From the IMG/VR virus record IMGVR_UViG_3300042519_002516, positions 33 to 64,032 of that record: 64,000 bases of DNA. One strand, written 5' to 3'. Source of the stretch: a virus. Taxonomy: Duplodnaviria > Caudoviricetes. Shown piece after piece: positions 19,148 through 28,149 of the stretch. Both the position numbers and the translations under genes were made by a program. The notes below the pieces were generated by a model, which saw nothing but the letters and a program-made list of their open reading frames with translations, did not search any database and was not told the DNA's origin. Position 1 is the stretch's first letter, and each line of letters opens with the position of its first letter.

Positions 19148-19710
19148 CCGTTATCCTATTTGCTTTGATTAAAATAGACGTGTGTGCCAAGACACGGGCG
19201 AAGGCCCGCAAGGAAGCGAAGGAAATGGGGGCTCTGAACGGCTCCTTTACCAAAGGAAAGGGGAATCTGGCTGGCATGCTCGGCGAAATCCTGATCCACA
19301 AGATCGCCGGCGGCAAGCGGGTGGGCCACAAGTGTTTCGCGTATGACCTCATTCTGGATAACGGGCTGACGGTAGACGTGAAGACGGCCGTTGGCAACGT
19401 GGAGCCCAAGCCCCACTACGTTGCCCGCGTGTATGGCTCCGAGGCGAAGAAGGAGCACCTGTCTAGCAAGTGCGATGTCTACTACTTCGTGCGCGCCGAC
19501 GTCGCCATCTGCAACGCATGGGTCGTCGGCTGGATGTGGGCAGACGAGTTCATGGCGAAGGCGACGTTCCTGCCCAAAGGGCATGTGAACGCCGACGACG
19601 GTAAGCTAGCCTACCATGACGAGTACTCGGTGCCGATCTCGGAACTCAACCCGCCGTCAATGCCGGTTGAGCCGAGGGTGAAGAAGGCAAAGCAGGCGCG
19701 CAAGGCTTAG
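19033..19710 (+). CDS. PD-(D/E)XK restriction-endonuclease-fold protein (true start probably near 19160-19180)
   Basis: GMLGEIL...YDLILDNGLTVDVKT...DVYYF. The track's N-terminus overlaps the previous gene. Confidence 0.6.
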   Translation: MEQVHAAAGGGGLVDPRGRHSAPEHRHRWHHAGAPDVLTVILFALIKIDVCAKTRAKARKEAKEMGALNGSFTKGKGNLAGMLGEILIHKIAGGKRVGHKCFAYDLILDNGLTVDVKTAVGNVEPKPHYVARVYGSEAKKEHLSSKCDVYYFVRADVAICNAWVVGWMWADEFMAKATFLPKGHVNADDGKLAYHDEYSVPISELNPPSMPVEPRVKKAKQARKA

Positions 19711-20111
19711 GCGTCTTTGTCATCGACCCACAGGTTTAGGGTTTTAAGGAACGCCTCGGCGCGCTGTGCTGCGGTCGCCGACACGGCAGCGTGTTTGCTC
19801 ACTTTGCGGAGAGTCACAACGTAGGTGTCATACGCCTGCGTGTCGAAGGTGATGCCATGGAACTTGGTCAGACCGACCAGCAGCTTCTCCGCTTCATGCA
19901 TCGCGTTGAGGTCGTTGAGGTAGTTGGGGATTTTTCCCAGATATACGAACGACTCCACGCCAAGCTCCTTGAAGGGCCATTCTTCAGCGTCTTCTTTCGA
20001 GTCGGTTATGTAACAATCCTCGATTCCGTGATTGTTGTATTTCGCTTTCCAGTAGAGGGTTTGCACCCCACATGCTTCCGCGATGGCGATTCGTTGTGCT
20101 TTAGGACTCAC
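19707..20111 (-). CDS. NinX/ABA-sandwich-like phage protein, paralog 1
   Basis: RIAIAEACG...PNYLNDLNAMHEAEK...ATAAQRAEAFLKTLNLW, shared with 60778-61113 and 59971-60750. Confidence 0.75.
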   Translation of the reverse strand: MSPKAQRIAIAEACGVQTLYWKAKYNNHGIEDCYITDSKEDAEEWPFKELGVESFVYLGKIPNYLNDLNAMHEAEKLLVGLTKFHGITFDTQAYDTYVVTLRKVSKHAAVSATAAQRAEAFLKTLNLWVDDKDA

Positions 20112-20515
20112 TTCGCCACCTCCTCTCCCTTTGCGGCTCCGTAGGCGGCGAGGGCATCGGCGGCAATAGATTTTGGCGAAGCAACGCGCATGCTCATTGG
20201 TCGATCCCCATCGTTCTTGATGCGCTCCAACGCATCCGCCAGCCTCTCGGCGTGGGCGCGGGATTCGGTGAGTTGCGATCCAAGATCGAGCGACCTTTCG
20301 TAGAACTGTTTCGAGTGTGTGAATAGCTCGGTGATTTTCTCGTTTGCTGCCCGCATTTCATCCCGCGCCTCGTTGCGCACATCGGCGAGTCGGCGCTCAA
20401 GACTGCGGGCAAGGTGAACAAATCCTTTTGGAGCGGTGTATTCATCCAATACCCCTTCCTGCTCTAAAATTTGCCACAAAAGCGCATCCGTCTCCGGTGT
20501 TGGTCGGTCACTCAT
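20108..20515 (-). CDS. Coiled-coil hypothetical protein
   Basis: 135 aa, begins MSDRPTPETDA, overlaps both neighbours by 4 nt. Confidence 0.7.
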   Translation of the reverse strand: MSDRPTPETDALLWQILEQEGVLDEYTAPKGFVHLARSLERRLADVRNEARDEMRAANEKITELFTHSKQFYERSLDLGSQLTESRAHAERLADALERIKNDGDRPMSMRVASPKSIAADALAAYGAAKGEEVAK

Positions 20516-20775
20516 TGGTCGTTATGGTTTGGTAGTGCAGGCAACGGCATCCAGTGGGTAGGCAAGAACCAGCCCCCTTTTCGTGATGGCATCTCTGGTC
20601 GTTTGTAGGGGGTTAGTATCCCTACGTTAACGCCATGCCGTTTGCTCCATGCGAGGACTTCGACTTTGTTTAGCGGCGCGGTCTCAATAGGTCTCCAAGT
20701 CTCCGGTGTTGGGCGCTCCTCTAGTTGGTTTGTTGTCATTCTGATTTGCTGGTTGAGTGTTGGTTGACTGCTCAT
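20512..20775 (-). CDS. DUF551-like protein
   Basis: WRPIETAP...PTHWMPLP motif. Confidence 0.75.
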   Translation of the reverse strand: MSSQPTLNQQIRMTTNQLEERPTPETWRPIETAPLNKVEVLAWSKRHGVNVGILTPYKRPEMPSRKGGWFLPTHWMPLPALPNHNDQ

Positions 20776-21014
20776 AACTTTCGAGTGAGTTTAGCCCGCT
20801 CCCGCTCAAGCCGGATGGCGTCGTCCTTCTGGTGTTGCTCCCACCAGTCGGCCAGCTCCCGATTGGCGGCTATCACAAGCGGGTCAGTTCCGCCGCACAA
20901 ATAGCAGAGCATCCGCGTGAGGGAGTCCACCCTACGGGCGAGCTCGGCGTTCAGCCGGTTGGTGCGCCCGTCGTCCGGACAACACTCCCGCGATCTTGGT
21001 TCATAGCAAGGCAT
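20772..21014 (-). CDS. Small phage protein (MPC...LC..C...WW.H family)
   Basis: 80 aa, translationally coupled to the next gene. Confidence 0.7.
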   Translation of the reverse strand: MPCYEPRSRECCPDDGRTNRLNAELARRVDSLTRMLCYLCGGTDPLVIAANRELADWWEQHQKDDAIRLERERAKLTRKL

Positions 21015-21019
21015 ACATA

Positions 21020-21325
21020 TTAGTGCTTAGGTTTTTCCGCCAGCAGCTCCACGCTGACCGACACCTTGGGGTAGCCAAAGGCTACTTCTTTAAGGATGAT
21101 TACCGGACAGTCTGAGTCGGCGTAGCCGCAGTCGTAGTCCCCCGTATCCTCGACGGCCTTGCCAACGCCTGCCAATGCGGCGGCCTCCGAGTCAAAAGGC
21201 CCTAAAGGCTCTGTGGTAAGTTCATTACCGGAGTCCACCTGAATGACCCAGAATTTATCCGGAGTCTTCTGTGCGGGTTTGGCGGTCTTCTTAGCCGGAG
21301 TCTTGGATGCTGGTTTAGTACTCAT
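21020..21325 (-). CDS. Hypothetical protein
   Basis: 101 aa with a K/P-rich N-terminus, preceded by a leader repeat. Confidence 0.7.
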   Translation of the reverse strand: MSTKPASKTPAKKTAKPAQKTPDKFWVIQVDSGNELTTEPLGPFDSEAAALAGVGKAVEDTGDYDCGYADSDCPVIILKEVAFGYPKVSVSVELLAEKPKH

Positions 21326-22327
21326 GGTATTGTTTGGTTTACTGGTTCAGGAAAAGGGGTGCCTAGAACAGATCGGCTTTGATCTGCTTCACCTTCAGGT
21401 TGCAGAAGGTAAGGAGAGTCTTGTAGTTGATCGTAGGATTCTTGAAGTCCTTCACGATGTCCCATGCGTGTTCGCGGACGAGATCGTAGAAGACCGTGTG
21501 CAGCAGTCGCGGAATGTGCTTGCTAGACCAGCCGTCGGAGTCGTTGACGATGTTGGCGTGAACTTTGTCGACTAGGGCTTCTGTCACATACCTGTTGACG
21601 ACCTTCTCCTCCACATGATCGGAGCCGTTGGACACCGGCGCGCCCATCGCCTTGTGGTGCTTCTCCTTGAACTCCGAGGTGATGACCTTAGCCCAAGTCT
21701 GTCTGCCGTAGCGGTTGGTGAAGTCGTAGTTTTTCAAGACCACGCCTTCACCGACTCCGGCACCGTCTTCGATCAGGAAGATGTTCTCAACCAAAGCGCG
21801 GTTGATGTTCTCCTCCGTAGGGTTGTTGATGATCCGGATAGGCGGCACGTAGTTCAGGCCGGCTTCCTCGACGAGCGACTGGTACTCCTCGTACCAAAGA
21901 TGGCGCTCCCCCCACAGTACGTCGAAGACGTAGAACTCGCGCCAAGCCGGTTGCCGGTAGGTCTTGAGGCTGTGAGGCACGAGCCACTCGCCGTAGACAT
22001 GAGCGCCATCCGGAAGGAGGTCAAACAGCTTGTTGAACTTGTCTAGGTTGGCGAGAACGTAGGCACAGAATCCTGCGTTGTCGTTGTCTAGAGATAGTTC
22101 GCGGTTACGGGAACCGGCCTTTACCGTTCCGTCCTCCCGCCAGACGTGGGCGTTGGTGCCGTCGATCTTCGGGAAGACGTAGACCTTGCCGAAGAGGATT
22201 CCCTCCACTTCAGTGTTGCCCAGCTTCTCTACGTGCTGGTACTTCTGGTATCCGGTTTCCTCTGCGATCATGTCCAGTTGCGTTTCCACGGTATCGTTTG
22301 GTTTATTGGTTCAGGAAAGGGGTGCCT
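21326..22327. repeat. Direct repeats of about 39 bp flanking the RNA ligase gene
   Basis: ggtattgtttggtttactggttcaggaaaaggggtgcct (21326-21364) versus ggtatcgtttggtttattggttcaggaaaggggtgcct (22290-22327). Confidence 0.9.
21363..22289 (-). CDS. ATP-dependent RNA ligase (Rnl2-like)
   Basis: Nucleotidyltransferase motifs: PKIDGTN (I), YGEW (III), FYVFDV (IIIa), EGVVLK (IV), AKV (V). Confidence 0.8.
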   Translation of the reverse strand: METQLDMIAEETGYQKYQHVEKLGNTEVEGILFGKVYVFPKIDGTNAHVWREDGTVKAGSRNRELSLDNDNAGFCAYVLANLDKFNKLFDLLPDGAHVYGEWLVPHSLKTYRQPAWREFYVFDVLWGERHLWYEEYQSLVEEAGLNYVPPIRIINNPTEENINRALVENIFLIEDGAGVGEGVVLKNYDFTNRYGRQTWAKVITSEFKEKHHKAMGAPVSNGSDHVEEKVVNRYVTEALVDKVHANIVNDSDGWSSKHIPRLLHTVFYDLVREHAWDIVKDFKNPTINYKTLLTFCNLKVKQIKADLF

Positions 22328-22416
22328 GTTTATTCAACCACTGGCTCCGACAGGCGGCGGACTCATGGGTCTTATTCTTTTCGCGGGTTGCTGAAACCAT
22401 CGCGGACACAGCAATG

Positions 22417-24579
22417 TTAGAAATCAGTCCCGTCGTCAATATCAAATTTCACGTCGAGGTCGATTTCCCAGATTTTCCCGCCACCTTGGCCCCTGCTGCG
22501 CACCGGACGCACCACTTTGTTGTGCAGCGCAACCTCCTCCAACACCGTCATTCCTCGGCGGACGAACTCAAGGTTGTTGCTGTTGCCCACGCTGCGGCCG
22601 CCGTTGCACTCATGCAGCGCCACCTGAAACTCGGTCAGGGTTCCACGCCACTTCGGCTGGTTGCTGTGCTCCCGCACCTTCTTGGCGAAGAACTCGACCA
22701 TCTCGGCAATCGCGCTCCTACTGGAGTTGTCGTAGGCGGCCGCTTCGATGAAGGAGTCGACGTAGGTCTTGACCCCGAACCGGTTGCTGTCGGCGACGTA
22801 GTCCGGCGCTTGCCAGTCGTGCAGCCAGCGCAGGAAGTACGGCATCTCCGCACGGATGCGCGCCTCGTTCTCGGTGTTGCTGCCGAACTTGATCTTGTGC
22901 TTGCTGTTGATCTTGAGCGCGATGACTTTGTCGCGGTTGCTGCTGTCGAGCGTCGGCAGGGCGGCGAGCGAGTTGGCGTCAAGGTTCAGCGACATCATCA
23001 CGCGGCCGGCCCAAGGCAGGGATACCGCGTCGGCGTACTTCGCATGGTATTCCAACCGAGGGTTGGCAACACACCGCTTCGTGAGCTCGACGAACTTCCG
23101 CTGGTCGGCGTACGTTGCGGCCGCCGTCTGGTCGTCCACCACCCATGCCGCTGAGCCGCAGAGGTCGCGGTTGAACGCGGTGTCGCCTGACAGGTAGGCT
23201 GAAGCATCGCCAAAGCCGCCGACGGCCTGCGCGACGATCTGGTTGGTGAGCAGCGTCTTGCCGTGTCCGGTAGGGCCTAGCAGGATTAGGAGCTGCCCTT
23301 GGTCGAGCCGATGGTTGAGCACCGCGAGGTAGAGGCGCTGGAACCACGCGAGGAAGTACGGCAGCGTGTTGCGGCCCTCGTCATCATCGGCGAAGAACGG
23401 CATCAGGAACGCGTGAATCCAAGGCCAGTCCTTAGGGTCGCCGGTCGCCGCGGGCTGTATCGCTGTTGCTTTACAGTTGTTCAGGATACGGCAGCTGTTG
23501 AACTCCACGACCCGATTGTTGGAGAAGATGACCGGAGCCACCTCGTCAACACGGCAGTCATTGGAGATGGACAGGATCGCCTGCTCAACCTCGGAGAGCG
23601 GCTGACCTTTTTTGGGCTTCGGCGAGAAGCCAGCCTTGCGCAGTTCGAGAACCAGCTGCTCCTTCGGTATAGTCACCGGCCCGCCGTTGAGCAGCTTGTA
23701 GTAGCTCTTGCCGTTGAACCAGTAGTTGTCGATCAGGTTGGCGAGCTTCTTGTCCTCGTACTGGTCGATGAACTTCTTGCCTAGGATTTCCCGCCAGCTG
23801 ACGAAGCCCTTGCCGGCGCGGTCGCTGTAGCAGATCATGCCGTCCTCGCGCACTTGACAGCCGTCACGCTCGATGCCGTCGTCGATCCAGAACAGCGGTC
23901 CGCGAGATCCAACGATGAAGTCGCCCTTCCAGCGATTCGGGAACCTCTCCGCGATGGCCTCCGCGACATCCTCAATCGGGATGTTGGTGTCTCCGGTCTT
24001 GATGACGACGTCATTGGCCGCCTTCAGCAAGGTGGTGCGGACCATCATCGTCGGCACCGGCTCGCCGGTACGCACCCAGTCGGTTCCTAGCTCAAACATC
24101 TGCGTCGGCTTGAGGCTGGTGCGGTCGAATCCGGCCAGCAGCATCGAGGCTTTCAGCTGGTCGCTCATGCGCTTCAGGAACGACTCGGCGAGCTCCGGCG
24201 TCACCGGCAGCGGCTGCTCGAACTCCCACACAAGGCGGATGTAGCCGGACTGCGTGCGGCTGCGCCATGTGGGAGTCGGGGAGTCCCCACACTTGATCCG
24301 CAGGATGTTGTCGATGTTGTCCCAGTCGACCGGCGCATCGTAGTCAGCGACGAAGCCGTGGATCTTGTTGACCGGATTGTCCTCGCTGATCCGCACGGTG
24401 GGGTTGTCCCCTTCGACCAACGAGTAGAAGCAGTGGTTGGTATCCGGTTCCGCACACCATGCGCGGTACTCCGGCTTCGACTTGAAGGCCGGCTTGACGA
24501 GGACGTTGGCCAGCGATGAGACGTCGGCGACTGCGGTGACAGGAACCGTGCGGAGGTTTTGGACGTAGCGGTATTTCAT
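22417..24579 (-). CDS. Primase-polymerase with C-terminal SF3/D5-like helicase
   Basis: FVADYD motif and Walker A GPTGHGKT. ATG 24579 overlaps the polymerase stop (ATGA). Confidence 0.75.
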   Translation of the reverse strand: MKYRYVQNLRTVPVTAVADVSSLANVLVKPAFKSKPEYRAWCAEPDTNHCFYSLVEGDNPTVRISEDNPVNKIHGFVADYDAPVDWDNIDNILRIKCGDSPTPTWRSRTQSGYIRLVWEFEQPLPVTPELAESFLKRMSDQLKASMLLAGFDRTSLKPTQMFELGTDWVRTGEPVPTMMVRTTLLKAANDVVIKTGDTNIPIEDVAEAIAERFPNRWKGDFIVGSRGPLFWIDDGIERDGCQVREDGMICYSDRAGKGFVSWREILGKKFIDQYEDKKLANLIDNYWFNGKSYYKLLNGGPVTIPKEQLVLELRKAGFSPKPKKGQPLSEVEQAILSISNDCRVDEVAPVIFSNNRVVEFNSCRILNNCKATAIQPAATGDPKDWPWIHAFLMPFFADDDEGRNTLPYFLAWFQRLYLAVLNHRLDQGQLLILLGPTGHGKTLLTNQIVAQAVGGFGDASAYLSGDTAFNRDLCGSAAWVVDDQTAAATYADQRKFVELTKRCVANPRLEYHAKYADAVSLPWAGRVMMSLNLDANSLAALPTLDSSNRDKVIALKINSKHKIKFGSNTENEARIRAEMPYFLRWLHDWQAPDYVADSNRFGVKTYVDSFIEAAAYDNSSRSAIAEMVEFFAKKVREHSNQPKWRGTLTEFQVALHECNGGRSVGNSNNLEFVRRGMTVLEEVALHNKVVRPVRSRGQGGGKIWEIDLDVKFDIDDGTDF

Positions 24580-26750
24580 TTGGTGTAAAAGTCGAGAATC
24601 TTGCCTTCGGCGGAAACCGGAATGTCTGGAATCCACTCCGGAGCGGTGGACATGATGGTTAAAACATCCGATAGGGCGGTCTCAGCGATCTCCTCCGGCA
24701 CCTCGATGACTAGTTCGTCATGGGTGTGCATCACAATGGCGTAGCCGGCATCCTGCGTGCGCACCATCATGTCGCAGAAGATGTCGCGGGCTAGGGCTTG
24801 GGCGCAGTTGTGGGCAATAAGCACTTGCCCGCCGGCTCCCTGCACTACGAACCGGTTCCTAGGACCACAATCCCTGACGTCGTAAACCTGTTCTTCACGG
24901 ACGCCGGCGTCGTTGCGGCCACGTTCGGGGGCCACCCTGCCGACAGGCGGTAGGTTTCCATTCGGTAAGTAAACCTTACCAGAAAGATCCTGACAAGCTA
25001 ATTGTTTGGCAGCAACCCACCTTCCACAGTTCAGGAATAAGTGGTCCGGCGTGCAGATTACCCCGTGGCAGTCAACAACGGGCTGTACGCCGTTGTTGAT
25101 TAGGCCTCTGTGGGACACCCATTCCGCTCCGTCCCACAACCTATCTGCTGTGGTAACGTCTTGGATGGGCTTCCAGCCGGACTCCGTTAACACGAGGGTG
25201 TCTCCGGCCAAGCAGTTCTCCGCCCTTAGGCCCTTCCATATGCGGAAGTCGCGGCGAGCCCCGTTGCGCACCATCTTGCCGATGAACTCGAAGTGTCCGT
25301 ACTTGCCGCGCATGCGCTTGAGCTTTCCGTAGTCCATCACGCGGCCGGAGGGCAGCTCGGCGGTGAGTGGCTGCTCTAGCATGTGGGCCATCTCGCACTC
25401 CTTCTTAAGGAGCTCCCAATACTTGACGATTTTCTTCATCTTCCGGCGATACAGCCCGACGTTGCGCTCAGCCTCCTCCAGCGGGATGCCCTCCTTCGCG
25501 GAGAATCCATCAGGCCCCATTGCGAATCCGCAGCCCAAGGTCAGCATCTTCACCTGTGAGCGCAGGTCGGAACTGTAGTCTTTCAGCGGGCCGTTGGCCG
25601 GATCGTGCAGGCCAAGGAGCACGCCGAACGCATGGTAGATGTCCGGCGACTTGCGGATCTCCTCCAGCGCATCAGTATCGCCGGCGAGCCAGCAGAGCGT
25701 GCGGACTTCGATCTGCGAAAGGTCTACCGCAATCAGCTTGTAGCCCTCCTTCGGCCGGATCATGTGGCGGAAGTTCACGCCGAACATCTCGCCTCGCGGC
25801 AGGTTCTGGAGATTGAGGTTGCCGCCGGAGCCGGAGAACCGTCCGGTCGGGTTGGCCCCGAAGTACATGAAGCCGCCGTAGTAGCGGCCGTCCGGCATCG
25901 TGCCTGCCGAGAAGGACTCCAGCTTGCGCATGAAGGCGTTGATCCGGCGGTAGTCCTGCACGGCGCGAGCCCACGGACACGCCTGCTGGTGGGCGGCGAA
26001 CCAAGCGTCGGCCTCCTCGCTGTCCTGCGCCAGCGACTTCGGAGGGGTGATCCCTTGGATGCGGCATTGCTGGTTAAATGCTTTGCGAGACAGTGGAGTA
26101 GCGTCTTGAATCCACGGGATCGCCTGCTCGGCGTTGAAGAGCTCGACCTTGATGCGCTCCAGATTCTTTTGCAGCAGGTCGGTGTCAATCGGAAGGCCTC
26201 GCTGGCCGATGCGACGGTTGGCGGCGCTGATCCGGCGCTCAAACTCCGGCCAGCCGTCGGAGAGCTCTTGCCAGAGGCGCAAGCAGTACTCGGAATCCTT
26301 TACCGCGTACTCGGAGACCGCTGCGCGGAATTCCTCGGACATGCTGCCCCACTGCTTGCCCTTCATGTTGTCGCGCACCGTCTTGTCGACGGCGAGGCCG
26401 AAGACGTCGGCAATCGCGCCTTTCAGGCTGCGCGGCTTGCCTAGGTAGGCGCACATATCGGCGGTGCAGTGGACCTCGCCGAACTCGACCTTCGGGTACC
26501 AGCCGGCCTCGACGCCGTACAGGTAGAGCGATTCGTCAAAGGAAGCGTTGTGCATCAGCACACGGTGTCCGGCAAGCAGGTTCCAGTCGAAGGCTTGCGG
26601 GTGGCCAACAAAAACGTAGCCGTCGTCGCCGACGACCGTCACCATGTAGGCCTCAAAAGATGGGTGGGAGAAGTAGCCTCGCGGACCCAATGTCGTGATG
26701 GAGCACTCCTCGTCGTAGTAGGATTCAAAGTCAACAGCGTAAGTAATCAT
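24576..26750 (-). CDS. polA: Family A DNA polymerase with 3'-5' exonuclease and a mini-intein
   Basis: VDFES (Exo I), HNASFD (Exo II), TGRFSG, DLSQIE (motif A), RSQVKMLTLGCGF (motif B), HTHDE (motif C). Confidence 0.92.
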   Translation of the reverse strand: MITYAVDFESYYDEECSITTLGPRGYFSHPSFEAYMVTVVGDDGYVFVGHPQAFDWNLLAGHRVLMHNASFDESLYLYGVEAGWYPKVEFGEVHCTADMCAYLGKPRSLKGAIADVFGLAVDKTVRDNMKGKQWGSMSEEFRAAVSEYAVKDSEYCLRLWQELSDGWPEFERRISAANRRIGQRGLPIDTDLLQKNLERIKVELFNAEQAIPWIQDATPLSRKAFNQQCRIQGITPPKSLAQDSEEADAWFAAHQQACPWARAVQDYRRINAFMRKLESFSAGTMPDGRYYGGFMYFGANPTGRFSGSGGNLNLQNLPRGEMFGVNFRHMIRPKEGYKLIAVDLSQIEVRTLCWLAGDTDALEEIRKSPDIYHAFGVLLGLHDPANGPLKDYSSDLRSQVKMLTLGCGFAMGPDGFSAKEGIPLEEAERNVGLYRRKMKKIVKYWELLKKECEMAHMLEQPLTAELPSGRVMDYGKLKRMRGKYGHFEFIGKMVRNGARRDFRIWKGLRAENCLAGDTLVLTESGWKPIQDVTTADRLWDGAEWVSHRGLINNGVQPVVDCHGVICTPDHLFLNCGRWVAAKQLACQDLSGKVYLPNGNLPPVGRVAPERGRNDAGVREEQVYDVRDCGPRNRFVVQGAGGQVLIAHNCAQALARDIFCDMMVRTQDAGYAIVMHTHDELVIEVPEEIAETALSDVLTIMSTAPEWIPDIPVSAEGKILDFYTK
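24807..25214 (-). mobile_element. Mini-intein (136 aa, no endonuclease) in the DNA polymerase
   Basis: AEN|CLAGDTLVLT...CTPDH...VYDV...LIAHN|CAQ. Confidence 0.92.
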
Positions 26751-26825
26751 GTGTCTCGTTTCTGTTTAGGCGTAAAAGTACCCCTGCCCGCTGAAGCGCG
26801 TGCGGGCAGGGGTATTGTTGGGGTC

Positions 26826-27077
26826 TTAGGCGTCAAGCTGGAGCTCCAGCTGCTCCTCCTCTGCCGTAGGCCGGTTGCGGATGCGGTCCATGTCATTCTC
26901 GATGGCGAGAATGATGAGGCCCAATCCGACGCGCTTCTCGGTCAGCTCGCCGACACGGTCTTGCAGCTCGGCGATGTGGGCGTCCAGCTCGGCGGCGATG
27001 CCTTCGAGGCTGGTCTTCTCATTGCTGAGGATTCCGAGGGTGCGGGCCGGACGGTCAGTTACAACCGACAGATTCAC
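26826..27077 (-). CDS. Small coiled-coil protein
   Basis: 83 aa, coupled to the upstream gene and followed by a GC hairpin at about 26780-26815. Confidence 0.7.
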   Translation of the reverse strand: MNLSVVTDRPARTLGILSNEKTSLEGIAAELDAHIAELQDRVGELTEKRVGLGLIILAIENDMDRIRNRPTAEEEQLELQLDA

Positions 27078-27709
27078 TTCGCACCTCCGTTCCCGCTGAT
27101 GCGAGCGACAAAGGCGAGCGCGTCGGCGTCGGCCTCATCCTTGGTGATGCTCAGCGTCGGCACATACCAACTGTACTTGCCCTTGCTCATCAGCTCCGTA
27201 CCGAACAGCCACAGGCGGGCCGAAAGGTCGACGTCCGGATTGAACGTCTGGAACGTGAACAGGCGCTTGTAGGTAAGCCGGTAGGCGTCCTTCTGCACCG
27301 TGATGCGGGCGATCTGGTAGTTGCCGTCGCCGATGGGGTACGGGAACAGCTCGTCGTCGGCACCTTCCGGCTGAGGAATCAGCAGGACGATCTCGGCGAA
27401 CTCCATGATCTCGTAGTCGCTGTCGGCAGCCAACAGGTCGGCCTCCGCTTGGGTGTTGACGATCTTCGGGATCACATCGCTGTCAAACGGGATGTTCTCC
27501 TTGAACCGCTTCTTGGCGGCAATGACGATCACCGGAACCTTGTCTTCAGCTTCCAGCAGGACGGCATCCTTGTCGATCACGACGGAGCCGATAGGCCCTT
27601 CGATCTCCGACATCTTCTGGATGACGTTCAGCTTCGGGATCTCGATGTCGGTCATCGAGAATCCGGAATCCGGTTTCGTGGTCGTCAATGCGGTAGTGGT
27701 CTCACTCAT
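27074..27709 (-). CDS. Putative single-stranded DNA-binding protein
   Basis: DIEIPKLNVIQKMS motif and a position between the exonuclease and polymerase genes. Confidence 0.55.
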   Translation of the reverse strand: MSETTTALTTTKPDSGFSMTDIEIPKLNVIQKMSEIEGPIGSVVIDKDAVLLEAEDKVPVIVIAAKKRFKENIPFDSDVIPKIVNTQAEADLLAADSDYEIMEFAEIVLLIPQPEGADDELFPYPIGDGNYQIARITVQKDAYRLTYKRLFTFQTFNPDVDLSARLWLFGTELMSKGKYSWYVPTLSITKDEADADALAFVARISGNGGAK

Positions 27710-27806
27710 AGCAATTATGGATTTCTTGTTTCAGGTTTTGGACCCTCGGCTTACGCCTTAGAGGACTCAGGTCCGGTCATCCTTCTTGCCCGTAGTGGGC
27801 GGAGAT

Positions 27807-28118
27807 TCATTGGACGCGGCTTGCGCCTTGCTCACGCAGGGCAGTGACTACCCGTTGTATGTCCTTAGCGTTGGGGAGGGGGATTGGGTATCCAACGGCG
27901 GCCGAAGACACGCTCTCCCAAGCGACGGTGTCTCTTTCTATCTGGCGTGCGTGCTTCTGCATCGCCCTAACGATGACGAATAGGCTAATAAGGAATACGC
28001 CCGCGAATACGAAGTACGGCACAATCTGGGTTAGTAGGTACAGTATGGCGATGTCCTTCGCTCCTTCGCCGGCTCCCTGTAGGAGCTCCAGTAGCAGTTT
28101 CAGTTGTTCAGTGTCCAT
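27807..28118 (-). CDS. Membrane protein
   Basis: 103 aa with one long hydrophobic segment. Confidence 0.6.
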   Translation of the reverse strand: MDTEQLKLLLELLQGAGEGAKDIAILYLLTQIVPYFVFAGVFLISLFVIVRAMQKHARQIERDTVAWESVSSAAVGYPIPLPNAKDIQRVVTALREQGASRVQ

Positions 28119-28149
28119 GTTTAGTTTGGCTCAGGTTGGGTTTGGGGAT

